From: a virus
Virus record (IMG/VR): IMGVR_UViG_3300020036_002522
Strand: one strand, 5' to 3'
DNA length: 64,000 nucleotides
Below are positions 8,349 to 20,400 of the stretch, piece by piece (the first letter of the stretch is position 1; the number at the start of each line of letters is the position of its first letter). Made by a program: the position numbers and the translations under genes. The notes under the pieces were generated by a model that had not been told where the DNA came from, did no database searches, and saw nothing but the letters and a program-made list of their open reading frames with translations.

Positions 8349-11222
8349 TTGATCGGGGCCAATATGAACACCCAAGATTTTCTAACGGTTGTATTACCGA
8401 CAGCCGGAAGGGGTTTCTATTGCGCCGTCGAGCTGCCGACCAAAGCGCAGACCTTTGTGAAAGATGTCGCCACGCTGGATAACACCACGCTGCTGGCCTC
8501 AATCGGACAACGGGAAGCGTATTTTGCGTTGGCAACTTTCCAGAACGAGGGCAATCGCCGGGCGGCAAATGCGCTGGCGGTGCGCTCTCTCTTCGTTGAC
8601 ATCGACTGCGGACAGGGCAAGGCCTACGCCACCAAGCGCTTGGCCATCACTGCGCTACAGGACTTTCTCACCACCACTGGACTTGTGCACCTTGGGCAGC
8701 CGTGGCTGGTTGATTCAGGTGGCGGGGTGCATGGGTACTGGCCGTTCGATGAAGATGTCTGCATTGAAGATTGGCGCCCCGTGGCGGAGGCGTTCAAGCG
8801 CACCGCAAGCAGGCTGGGCCTCAAGATCGACATGACCGTAACCGCCGACGCCGCTCGAATACTGCGGCCACCCGGCACCCACAACTACAAATACAACCCC
8901 CCAAGACCCGTCACCCTCAAACAGCAAGGCGCGCTGTTTGCTCTGCAAGATATTGCGGACAGACTTGACACCGCCACCGCCGCCTCCCCCGGGGGCCCGA
9001 CAGCCATCTCCCTACCCAGTCTGCGCCCCGCCGGTACACCCCCGGCGAAGATGTCCACCACCATGCGGGCACTGGCTGGCAACAGCGTGACGTATTTCAA
9101 GAACATCGTAGTGCGCACCATGCAGGGCACCGGGTGCGGGCAGCTGCAGCACTACCTCGACAACGCACAAGACGATGGCATGGAGCCGTTGTGGCGCGGT
9201 ATGCTGTCTTTGGCTAAGGTGTGTGAAGATGCCGATAAAGCTGTTGTGCGCATAACTGATGCGCATCCTTACCCACACAGTAGGATGCTGCAGAAACTGG
9301 GGGAGATCAAGGGGCCATACCCTTGCACCAAGATCGACTCCGAGAACCCCGGGATATGCGGGACGTGCACACACTGGGGCAAGATCACGAACCCGTTGGC
9401 GCTGGGGCGCGAGGTGTCGGTCGACAACGCCGAGAAGGTGATCGAGATCGAACCCACGGATGCAGCGCCCATCGGCACGCACCTGATACGCCCGGAACCC
9501 CCGCACGACTTCTCTTTCGGCACCCATGGCGGCGTGTACCGCACCGTGGAAAAGACCAACGCCAAAGGTGATGTCACCACGGAAGAGAAGCTGATCATGC
9601 CCTATGAGTTTTTCATGGTTGATCTGCTTCAGGAGAACGAAACCTATATCTCCCGCTTTGCCGCCGTGCGCTCCAAGAGCGTCACCTACGTGGCCGTGCC
9701 CAGCGAAGTGCTGGCCAGCAAGGACTCCACGATCAAGTGCCTGTCAGCGCAAAACATCATGGCCTCGTTCGGTGCGGGCAACGACCAACATCTTTACGCC
9801 TACGTGCGAGCCAGCGTGGAAGCAGCAAGCGTCAACGACAGCGCATTGCGGGTGCCGCCCCGGTACGGTTGGCAGCCAGATCACAGCTTCGCGGTGGGGG
9901 AGCGCGTCATTCAGGAGAACCAGCAGGGGTACACCTTCCCGTCGAAGAACCTGCGCAACCTGATCAACGTGACGCAGCAGAAGGGCGCCTTGGGGGACTG
10001 GCAGCGCTACGTGCAACTTATTCAGGACAAGCAGTTGTGGGACATGCTGGGCTTTCTGGGCGTGGGCTTCGGGTCACCACTCATGGAGTTCGCCGGTGCG
10101 GCCACGCCGGCCATGATGTTCCACGCTTGCAGCAAGGATTCCGGCCGGGGCAAGACCTTGGCATTGCAGTTGTGCGTGTCTGTGTGGGGGAACCCCTCAA
10201 CGTACCCGGTCAAGCCCTCCACTTCTGAGCGCACGATGATGCAGCGGGCGGGCCTCTTGGGCAGTCTGCCACTGGCGGTTGACGAGGTGACCGATGCGCA
10301 GCGCAAGTCAAAAGGCGAGTTCATCCCCACGTTGGTATTCGATCACTCGCAAGGTGGGCACAAGGTCAAGGGCAGCGGCGCGGCCAACGCCGAGCTCATC
10401 AACGACCTGTACTGGCGGGCGCTCGGCATCATCACATCGAACGAGCCTGCCATGGAGAAGATGCTGACGATGCGCGACACCACGTCGTTCGGGGAGCTAT
10501 ACCGCATGCTGGAGTGGCAGGGTAAGGATGCCATAGCGTGGACCGACGCGGAGTTCCCCCTGAAGGACTTTCTCGAACATAACCACGGGCACGCCGGACG
10601 CATCTACGCAGAATGGCTTGTCAACAACCGGGCCGTCGCGCAGGAGATGACCGTACGCTGCATCGAGAAGGTGCGCAAGAAACTCAATTCCCCTGATGTC
10701 GAGCGCTTCTGGGTGGCCGGTGTAGGCGCCTGTCTAGCTGGGCTGATCCTTGCCGGACCCAAGTACGCGAACATCTTCGACTTCAAGGTGCCTGCCATCT
10801 TCGACAACGCTTATGCACAGTGGGTTATGAACGCGCGCTCCCTTATGGCTGCCAACGTGCAGACCGCACAGGACTTGCTCAATTCCTACACACAAGAGTT
10901 CCATGGCAAGTTCGTCACGCTGGAACTGAAGAAGGGGCCAATGGCTGTGTTCCAAGACAACCGCAACGTGACCCCGCAGAGCACCCGCGGCAGGGTAGCG
11001 GGACGCATCGAGTACGACATCCGCCCGGGTTGGGTCGACTACTTCATCGAGCTGACCACATTCAAGCGCTACTGTGGTGAGCGCAACCACGGGTTCAACG
11101 CGGTGCTGACGGAGCTGCGCCAGTCAATGGTGGTGCGCGAGGGGCGCAAGGATTTGCTGGCCAAGACCGGCGGGCCGAAGATGTACGTGAAATGTCTTCT
11201 CATAAGCCACCCGATCGTTTGA
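8349..11222 (+). CDS. primase-polymerase (prim-pol) fused to P-loop helicase
   Basis: 957 aa (alternative start at 8364). Prim-pol motifs: LFVDIDCGQ (DxD), GGGVHGYW, ILRPPGTHNYK. Cys/His cluster CTKIDSENPGICGTCTHW. Walker A SKDSGRGKTLA and Walker B LAVDEVTD. Confidence 0.8.
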   Translation: MIGANMNTQDFLTVVLPTAGRGFYCAVELPTKAQTFVKDVATLDNTTLLASIGQREAYFALATFQNEGNRRAANALAVRSLFVDIDCGQGKAYATKRLAITALQDFLTTTGLVHLGQPWLVDSGGGVHGYWPFDEDVCIEDWRPVAEAFKRTASRLGLKIDMTVTADAARILRPPGTHNYKYNPPRPVTLKQQGALFALQDIADRLDTATAASPGGPTAISLPSLRPAGTPPAKMSTTMRALAGNSVTYFKNIVVRTMQGTGCGQLQHYLDNAQDDGMEPLWRGMLSLAKVCEDADKAVVRITDAHPYPHSRMLQKLGEIKGPYPCTKIDSENPGICGTCTHWGKITNPLALGREVSVDNAEKVIEIEPTDAAPIGTHLIRPEPPHDFSFGTHGGVYRTVEKTNAKGDVTTEEKLIMPYEFFMVDLLQENETYISRFAAVRSKSVTYVAVPSEVLASKDSTIKCLSAQNIMASFGAGNDQHLYAYVRASVEAASVNDSALRVPPRYGWQPDHSFAVGERVIQENQQGYTFPSKNLRNLINVTQQKGALGDWQRYVQLIQDKQLWDMLGFLGVGFGSPLMEFAGAATPAMMFHACSKDSGRGKTLALQLCVSVWGNPSTYPVKPSTSERTMMQRAGLLGSLPLAVDEVTDAQRKSKGEFIPTLVFDHSQGGHKVKGSGAANAELINDLYWRALGIITSNEPAMEKMLTMRDTTSFGELYRMLEWQGKDAIAWTDAEFPLKDFLEHNHGHAGRIYAEWLVNNRAVAQEMTVRCIEKVRKKLNSPDVERFWVAGVGACLAGLILAGPKYANIFDFKVPAIFDNAYAQWVMNARSLMAANVQTAQDLLNSYTQEFHGKFVTLELKKGPMAVFQDNRNVTPQSTRGRVAGRIEYDIRPGWVDYFIELTTFKRYCGERNHGFNAVLTELRQSMVVREGRKDLLAKTGGPKMYVKCLLISHPIV

Positions 11223-11413
11223 AGAAATACCCTTGGCCGCAGACGCAGCCCGGGGAAAGTTTCTTTGTGCCGGCGCTCGACACGGACAAGGCGGTGCTGG
11301 AGGGGCGGCAAGCTGCCGCGCACTACGATGTGCGCGGCTACTCCTACAAGGTGTGCGTCTACAAAGGCATACTGGGCGTCATGTTCAAACGTCGATCGCG
11401 TCAAGCTCTTTGA
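11192..11413 (+). CDS. hypothetical protein
   Basis: 73-aa ORF overlapping the primase end. It converges on, and overlaps by 29 nt, the stop of the giant minus-strand gene. Coding status is uncertain. Confidence 0.3.
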   Translation: MSSHKPPDRLKKYPWPQTQPGESFFVPALDTDKAVLEGRQAAAHYDVRGYSYKVCVYKGILGVMFKRRSRQAL

Positions 11414-14400
11414 ACGCCTGCTCGACTGTTTCAGCAATCTCATTCCGCACCTTCTCCAACTCCCGTATACGCTGCGTCTTCTCGGTGGCAGGCATATCCG
11501 CATTACGCAGACGCTCCATGGCGGTATTGATGGCCCCCAACTTCTGCACGAATTTACCTGCCAGCGGTTGCGCACGTAAGTCTTTTATGTGGGAATCAAT
11601 GAAGTCCTTGATTTCTTCCGCCGACGCCCCTCTGTTTCGCATGTTGCCAAGCGTCTGGTGTGCGACCGTCGCCTCCGATGCCCGGGCAAAAGCCATTTCG
11701 GAAGCGGCGCTGGTGGTTGGGTTCTGGAACAGCGACTTGATGAACGGCACCTGATCCAGCCGCTTCTCCGCTTGGGCTACGCCGCCCATCATTGGGTTGA
11801 CCGCATCAAGCGTACCCATCACAACACTAACGATACCACCCATAACCTGATCGACAAACCATGCCAGTTTCTTGGGGGATGTCCCGGTGGCCTCGCCCAA
11901 AAGTTTGAACGCCTCCGGTGTGTTCGCATCGAACTGCTTCTCAGGAGTAAGCGAGGACAGACTGCGCGACACGATCGGTATCGGTTTCCACGTATCCATG
12001 TTGCTGTTCAAGGACACGCCGATTGCCTGCTTCAGCCCCTGCGGGATAGGCAGGTTGCCTTGGTTTGGTAGTGCGCGCACACCGTACATGAACAGGGCTT
12101 TCAGCAACTGGTTTGCCTCAGCATTGTCCTTGAACCCCTCCACCAACGCCTGACCCATGGCGATGGCCATACCGCCGCCTTCGGCGTATGTGTACGGCAG
12201 TTTCAGCAGCGTGTCAGTGCCCGGTAACGGGATGTGCAGGAAGCCGAACTTGTCGCTCGGTTTGAGCTTGGCGTACTCGTCGTTGTCCCCCATCATGGTG
12301 GCGTATGCCACGCCGCCGATGGCCAGCATCATCATGTTGTTGAGGTATGTTTGCCGGACTTTAAGCTCCTCCTCAAACGGCATCTTGCCTTGCAGCGCCT
12401 TGATGCTTACGTTGATAGCCTGAATGCCCGCGTTGAAGAACGGCAGCAGGCGGTTGGCGTGCTGGATAGTGGCCCATGCGCCGCGCTTGTGAAAATTCAT
12501 GGACTCCATGACCCGGCGCTCGGCTTCGACTTCGGACAGCCCCCGCTTGATCGAGTCGTTGTACACCTGTACCCGGGTAGCGGCGTCGGCCATGTGCGCG
12601 CTCTTGTCCAGCAGATTCAGGAACTGCCGCGTCTTGGAGGGGTTCGCCCCGTCGGCCAGCATGTGCGTTAGCTTTATGAAGTCGTCAAAATCTCCTGTCA
12701 ATATGTTGCTCTGAACAAGCGCGCGGCGGTTCATGTCGTCGATGTCCGCGTTGCGGTTCGCCATCCCCTTACCATACTCCTTGAACGCACGGGCAACGGC
12801 CGTCAGCGGGTTCGCCTCAAGCCCTGAAGTCGACGCAATGCTGGACGGGTCTTTGATGAGCTGGCGCAGCGTGTAAGCCGGCACCCGTGTAACACCTGCA
12901 CGCAGCAAGTCGTTCAGATAGGACGACCACTTCAGGTACGCAGGCATGGTGGCGTGGTGCCCCTCGATGCTCTGTGCCAGCATATCAGTAGGAATACCTG
13001 CCAGCGCCGTGTTCTCGGTGTCGATCTCCAGAAAGCGGTCCCCTCTATCGCTGCTCCCGAGTGGCGTCTGCTTCCACTTCAGGTACTGGCGCCCTGCGGG
13101 GGGAATACCGGCTATGACGGACATCTTGTTCTTGCCGTTCGCAGCCTTGCCTTTTCCTGCCGCCTGCAGCACGTAAGCGATGTTGCGCTTCGCCATGTTG
13201 ACTAGCGCCATGTCAGTCAACAGCTTGGTGTTGTACATGATGGACTCGTTGATCGGCATGATGGCCTCGTCGCCGCCTTTCAACTTGTGCATGAACGGCG
13301 TGTTGGCAATGTCGCCGAGCCGGTGCCACTGACTGTCACCAAAAGCAATCTGCAAGATGCCCCCGTTGTTACGGTACATAGGCACGTAGTCCTTGTGGCG
13401 TAGCATCTCGCTGGCCAGATCAGGCGTTATGGCTCCGGACTCCATGGCCCATGTAACAAGCGCTTCGTTGTACTTGTCGTACAGGTTGTTGAAGTTGTTA
13501 AGCGCCGCCTTCAGTTCCGGGTCAGCGTTAACCTGTTGCAGAACAGCCGTCAGTTGTGCGGGGGTTGTGTTGAACGAGATTTTGTTGGCCCCCACCCGCA
13601 GCCCGCGCTTTGCCAGCCGGTACGATGTGGCCAGCTCGAATTTCGCAGCAGAGTTACCCCCGGGGATACCTTCGGCAGCCGCCAGAACTTCCATTGCGCT
13701 CGGAGCGCCACCCGCACGCTGACTGATGAGCCCTTTGCTGTCACGCACAGTCTCGGGTCCGCCGTTGGTCATAAACTGCGATACAAGCGAGCTGCTGTAC
13801 CCGGTACGCACCAGCGAATGCAGCGCCTGTTCTACCAGCTTGCCGTCCACACCCGCGCCCTTGGCCAGCTCCATGGCGTTCTTAACCGGGGCGTGCATGT
13901 CGACAACGCCAGTGTTCCACGCTTCAGATATGGAGTCCAGCACCCGCTGCATGGTTGTACGCGAGTCAGGCGGAACTACGTTTCCCACTTTGGTGATTGG
14001 CGTTCCAGCGAGGCGTCCGTAGTCAGGCGCAGCAGTACGGTACACCGCTTCACCCCCCGCGCTGTCGCCGCGCGCTTCCCCTCGTTTCACGTGTCTGCGA
14101 GCGTTGGCCACGATCTGGCGAACCTCACCATCGGTGACGCCCTTGAGCCCCAGCTTCTTCCACAGCCATTGTTTGACTGCGTAGAACACGCGGGACAGCG
14201 CGGCAGACACCCCCTCTTTACCCGGGGTGGTTTCCGACATATCGGCCAGCGTTTCTTCTACAGCAATCTCTTTTGACAAGCGGGGGTCTGCGGCCATCAG
14301 CTTGTCCGCCGCCTGCGCGACACTTGCGTTACCCTCATACAGCCGGTTCATAGTGTCGGTGTACGCGTCGCCCATCATGTCGCGAAGCCCGTAGTGGCCG

Positions 14401-17400
14401 GCTACCTCGTGTACGATAGTGAGCGCTACATCCCGCCCGTTATGCAGGTTGGCTGCGACCAAATAAACCGTCTTGCTGTCGGGGTCGAACAGACCGGGTA
14501 CCTTGCCGGTCATGCCGTCCCGTGCCGCTTGGTCTTGCAGACGTTGGGGCAGTTGGGCTTCCGTGTCCACCACCACGGTGTTCGGCGTGTTCGTCCACCC
14601 TTCCGTGATTCTGTTTGCAAGACGTGTAACTTCTGCCGCCTTCATACCCGTACCAGTAGTGGTAGACGTGCGATAGACGACGGGCGGTCCTGCAATATCC
14701 TCCCGACTGTCTTTTTCCAAGCGCTGCACGGCCGTACTGGCGGCAGGCAACGAGGTGTCTTTCTTGAGTGCTGCGTCGGCCGCTTTGACTGCCGCTATCG
14801 CATCCTTCAGCCGCTGCGCTGCAGCCGCTTTAGCAGGGGCGCCTGCCTTGGATTTCTGCACAGCATCGTTGGACAGCTTGGCCTCGGCGCGCTCCTTGAT
14901 CGCTGCTTCCAAGTCGCGTGCCAGTTTAGCCCACACCATCTCGCTGCGCAGGGCGTTGCTCTCCCGCATGTCGTCGTTTGCCTGCGCCACGGCTTGTTCG
15001 GCAGTTACCTTGGGGTGAATCAGCTTCTCGGTAACCTTGTTACGCGTGCCGACCTTGGACTCTTTAGTGACCGTTGTGGCTTCGCCAACGGAGCCGTCGG
15101 CCTGACGTTTCCCCGCCACAGCAGTGACGTCCCCGGAGATCATATCCCCTGCATTCAACGCGGTCTTGGTGGCCACGCCGCGCCGTACGGCCGGGCCCTG
15201 CGTGGCGGCAATGGTGGCAACGGACTGTCCGCGCTCTACCCGCGATAGGCGCTCGGTTATCGTAGTGATCTTCTCTTCCAGCGCTGCTTTCTTCTCCAGC
15301 AACCCCATACGAATGTTGGTGTCCTTGCCCCGCACCATGTCTAAGCGCTTCCAGTCCTCTTTGGCAGCGGCTATTTCTTCTTGGGCGTTGGCAATGGCCT
15401 TTGTTATGCGTGTGGGGATTAGTCCGTTAACCGCGTCGCGAGCCTTCTCTGCAGCATCCAGCTTGCGCTGGCCGTCCGCCATGCGGCGCTGTATATCAGC
15501 GCGTAACTGGGCAGCAGCTTCGGGGCTCATGTGGTTACGCTGTTTGAGCGTACTGCTCTTTTCCCGCAAGCCTTTGATACCGTTCTCCAGCCGGGTACGT
15601 TCTAGTTGCACGCGCGCTTGCACGTTGGTTATGGCCTTTTCCAAGTCTGCTTTTGGTAGCGACCTGTCAAAGAAAGAGGGCTTGTACATCTTTTCCAGCA
15701 GCGCTTCAGCTTCGGCCAGATTCTTCCGGAGCAGCTTTATCATAGGGTGCTGCATGTCTGTCTTGGCAGCAAGCCCTTCTATCTCGGCCTCAATGTTGGC
15801 CACGTCACCTTCGTAGCCGCCAAGTTCTTTACGCAACGCTGCGGGGTCGTCCGTGGTGTTGACACGTTCCTCAAACGCAGCACGCTCGGCGGCGGTCTCC
15901 GTTTGTTCTGGCCCGCTTACTACACCTTCTTTCAGTGCCTGTGCGGTGGTGGCTACCGCCGCGGGGTTGGCTTCCGCTACGGGGGCAGGCGAATTGAAGA
16001 ACGCGTTCTGCGGTGTCGGAGCCGTACGCTCCATGGCTGGCAGTGACTTGACCAGTTCAATCTGGTCGCGCATCATCTGCAAGGAATGGTCGTACACCCG
16101 CGCGCGGGCCGCAACAGCCTCGTCGTACACCTTGCGCGCGGTGCGGTACTCCTGCATAGCGTCAAGGTCCGTGTAGCCTTCTTCCTTGACGCGCGCAATG
16201 GCCGCGTTGACGATGCCTTCGGCAGCAGCAATCTCCTTGTCTGCGCGTTCCTCCAGCACCCGTTGGTCGTTTAACATTTCGCTCAACTTGGCGCGGGTAT
16301 CTGCGTTGCGTACGTCGTCGGTGGCCGCGCCAAGCTCCCGCGCAGTCTTCATCACGTCTGTTTGTTTCTGCCGCTCGGCAGCCACCAGTTCCGCACGTTC
16401 GGCCCGGATGCTGTCGATGCCGGCCGCAATAGAATCGAGCTGGGCTTGTACTGCTTCACGCCGCACTTTAAGATTCGTCAACTGCTCCAGCGCCCACCCT
16501 TTGGAGTCGGGGTCGGGAGCCGTCTGGGACTCTTCCCCCATCTGCGCTTTTTCTGCCCGTGCAGCTTGCAACCGCTCCCGGTACAGGTCGGCGGTCGCGT
16601 TCATCTGCTTGATGATGCGGTTCTGGTGTTCCAGCAGAGCGCTGCGGTGCGATGCAGACTGCGGGTTCTTCTGCAGATCGGCATTCTCTTTAAGACGTTC
16701 ACGCAAGGGTTTCAGCGCATTGTCAAGCTCCGACATCAGCGTTGCTTCTTCAGCGGCAGCGGCACGTGCACCCCCGACGAGTTCGGCCTTGTCCAGCGCC
16801 CGATTGGCGTCGATCATCTGTGTGTCGTAGACCGTGGGGGCCAGCAGCGCAGCAGCGTCAATGAGGGTGGCGGCTTCGCTCTCCATATCAACCGTAGAGG
16901 ACGCGTGCCCGGCCCACAGGTCTGCAAGCGCGGCTTCGGTGCGCGCCAGATCGGCAAGCAGGTTCTCAAAAGACATGACGTCTTCTGTCAGCTCTGCGCG
17001 CGCATCGGCACGGGTGTCCCACGCCCCGCGAAGTGCGGCTTCCGTGCTGTTGTAGATTGCTTCTGTGTTCTTGACGTTGGCGGCGATACTGGCCTGCAGT
17101 GGCGACGGCTTCCCGCTGCGCAGCGCTTGCTCGTTCTCCATCACCAACTTGCGCGTCTCCTTAGCGCGGGCCACGTCAGTACGGGCCTTGGTCACGCGAT
17201 CCAGCGAGGTCTTCTGGAGCTGCTCTATTTCGGAGGTCTTCCCCGCTACGGCTTTGCTCGCGGCCTTAGCCTTCGGGTCGGTGGCAGTGAAGTCGTCTAT
17301 TTTCTTCAGCAGTGCCTGATACGCTTCCTGCTTCGCCGTCGCTTCCGCACGCGCGATGTCAGCCTTGATCGTTGCGGCGGTGGTGGTCTTGTCTCCGGCA

Positions 17401-20400
17401 GCGGCCTGCTTCTGCGCGGCCTTAACGGCTGCCTCACGCGCACGGGGCAGTGTGGTGGCTAGTGCCTCTTCCGAATACTGAATGTACGACGTCAAGCGCT
17501 GTACGGTGCCCATGATATTGTTTGCGGCCTTCACGCGCAGCAGCGTTTCCACCAGCGTAGCGACACGCGGGCCCATGAGCCTGCGTACGTCAGGAATCGT
17601 ATTTTGGATAAGGGATTGCACTTGCAGCGCGGAGGTTGCCTTGGCGGCAGCACCGCCCATTCCATCAGCCAGTATGCGTACGTTGTTGGCGTTGCCGGAA
17701 GTGGAACGGTTCAGTACATCGGCAACTGCGGCTGTCGCCTTTTCAACTTCTGCCTCCAGATTACTGTCACCGATAAACTGCATGAACTCCGGCGACAGCT
17801 CGCCCGTAGCCTGCAGCCGTTTCATCTCCGCGTCGAGTTCCCCTTTTGCCCGTTCGAGACGCTTTGTGGCAGCAACTATTTTCTGCCCGATGCCCTGCAC
17901 CTCGCCCTGCGCCGCGTCGAATTTGGCGTCTTCCGTGGCCTTGACGTCGGCGGCGTATTTCTCCATTGCTGCGGCATGCGCTTCGCTGGATTCTGCGGCG
18001 CGTTTGACGGGAAGTACGTCGCCGATAACAGCCTTGATTGGCGTGAGCGCTTCTTCCAGCGCGGCTTTGAGCCCTGCCAGCTCTCCGTTGGCCACGTCGA
18101 CAGCACTCTGAGCCTTGGCCAGCCCTGCCTCTGCGTCGCGCACAAGGCGGTTCGCTGCACTACCTTCCCCAAACACGTTGTCCCAAAGGTTCAGTGTCTG
18201 CTTGTCAGCAGGCGACAGCTCCTGCATGGCGGCGGTAACTTCCGTATCGCTTGGCAGCGCACGTGTCATACCAACCCCGCGCTCAACCCCGCGCTCAACG
18301 CGGGTGATACCCCTATCCATAACACCGGAACCCGGGGGTGCAACGCGCTCGACCGTTGACTGTGCTCCGTCTTCATCTACCGCGCCTAAGAAGCTACTCT
18401 GCTCCTGTACGGTGTCGGGGTTGGCGTTAACAGCGATGACTTCCCGGCCCAGTTCGGAAGGCCGCGGGGCGGGGCGTTTGAACGGCTGGTTGCGCGCAAC
18501 TACCTCGCCGGTAGCAGGGTCGATCTCGTTAGCGCGGGCGACACCATCCGCTGTCTCGGCCGCAGGCACTCCGGTCTCCTTGACCAGCTCACCTTTGGGG
18601 CGCACCATCCGGGCGTTGGCGATCTGTTCCGGTGTGGCTTCTCCGGCAATATCGGTACTGGTCCCGGTACCAACGGTAGTAAGCTGCTTTTGCTGACGGT
18701 CGTACGGCGTCATGTTCACACCCAAACCGGAACTGCGCAGGCGCTCGCGCTCGGCCAGCAATGCGGTGGGGCGCAGCAGGTTGTCCAATTCCCGTTTCAA
18801 GACCGCTTGCCGGTCGAATGCCGTTTGGTTGCGTGCAACAACCTTGCCTGTAGCGGGGTCCACGGCGTTAGCGCGTATCACCCCGTCGGCGGTTTCGGTC
18901 TTTGCAGCTTGCAGCGCAGCGCGCGCTTGCGCGATAGCCTCCGGGTCCGGGCGCCATGCGTTGAGTTTGGCGTCAACCGCAGCGATACGTGCATTGACTT
19001 CGGCACGATTGAGTGCGCGTTCCTCGCCCTGTCCGTACCCTTGGTACGCGATCTTGTTGATGTTTTCCGCGAGGCGCATCAGTGCGTTCTGGGCGCCGAT
19101 ATTAGTTACCCCTACCATGTCTGGGTGCGTCGCGACTTTGCCTGCGTTTTTAAGCGCTGTATCGTAATCTTGCTGCGTGATGCCTTCAAATGCGGGGTTG
19201 GCCAGCGCCTTGGCGTAATTCTCCAACGCCCGCTGCGTTTCCGGTGGCATGTTGGGCCGATTCTGCAACTGCTCTATCTGTGCCAGCAACTGCGAAGCCT
19301 TACCGACACGCGGGTCTGCGCCGCCCGGCTCGATGTCACCGAACATTTGCTCCTGCTTCAGTGCCAACGTGTTGTTGGTTGTGCTGTCGGGCGTACGTTC
19401 AGCCGCTGTCGGGTTACGGTACAGGTCACGAGACTTGGCATCTTCCTCGGCTGCTGCGACGTCTGTCCCAAAAACCTGCCGCAGCAAATCGTTGGTTTGG
19501 TTGGGCGCGGCAGGCGGCGCTGCTGGAGGTACGGTGGTGTCCGTAGCAGCGGCTGCGGGCGGTGCGAAGGGGTTGGGCCCTGCCGTTTGGTTACCCGGGA
19601 CAGCACCTTCGGCGGATGGAAACGCCTGCCGTGTAGCCTGCACCTGCGTGTGCAACCGGCCTATTTCGGGCAGTAGTTCCGCTGCCTTGGCCCCCCGCCC
19701 GCCATCAATGTGCGCGGCGTACTGTTTCTGCATTTTTGCTAACAGCGCTTCGGGGTCAGAAACAGTGGGCGGGGCCGCATCCTGCAGCTTCGTAATAGTG
19801 GGTGCGAGCCCTTTTAGCTGCTCCGCCAACGCATCCATCGTCTCCTGTGCTTTGGCAGCCCCCTCTATGTTGCCTTCTGCAGCAGCGGTCTTAGCAGCTT
19901 TTTTAGCTTCCACTAGCTGTATCTGCAGCGTATCGCGCTGTCCTGTCAATGCGGCCAGCCCTTGTGCCTCCAGCGCTTCTTTTTCTTCCTTGGCTTTTAG
20001 CGCATCCGCAGCGGCGGTTTCCGCAGCACGCTTCTTCAGCAACGGGGCGACCTCTTCGTACTGCTCCTGCAGTGGGCGCAAGGACGTCTCGAATGCGTTG
20101 TACTCCTTCCATGCCTGCGCGTGTTCGATCTTCTCCGCGAGCGTGGCATCTTTCTTCCGTTTGCCCGGATTCATCGCCTCAAGCTGCGCGTTGGCTTCTG
20201 CCATTTGCTTCGCGATACCTTCGGCATACGCCGGGTCAGCGAGCTTCGTCAGTTTCGACTGCGTTTCTGCCTCAAGCGCAACCTTCTGCTCCTCGGCAAC
20301 ACGCTTGCGCCCCAACGCCTCGCCTTGGGAAATCTCACGCCCACGGTCGGAGTAATGACCAACGGGACTCATCGCCCCGCCCAAGACCGCACCACCAATA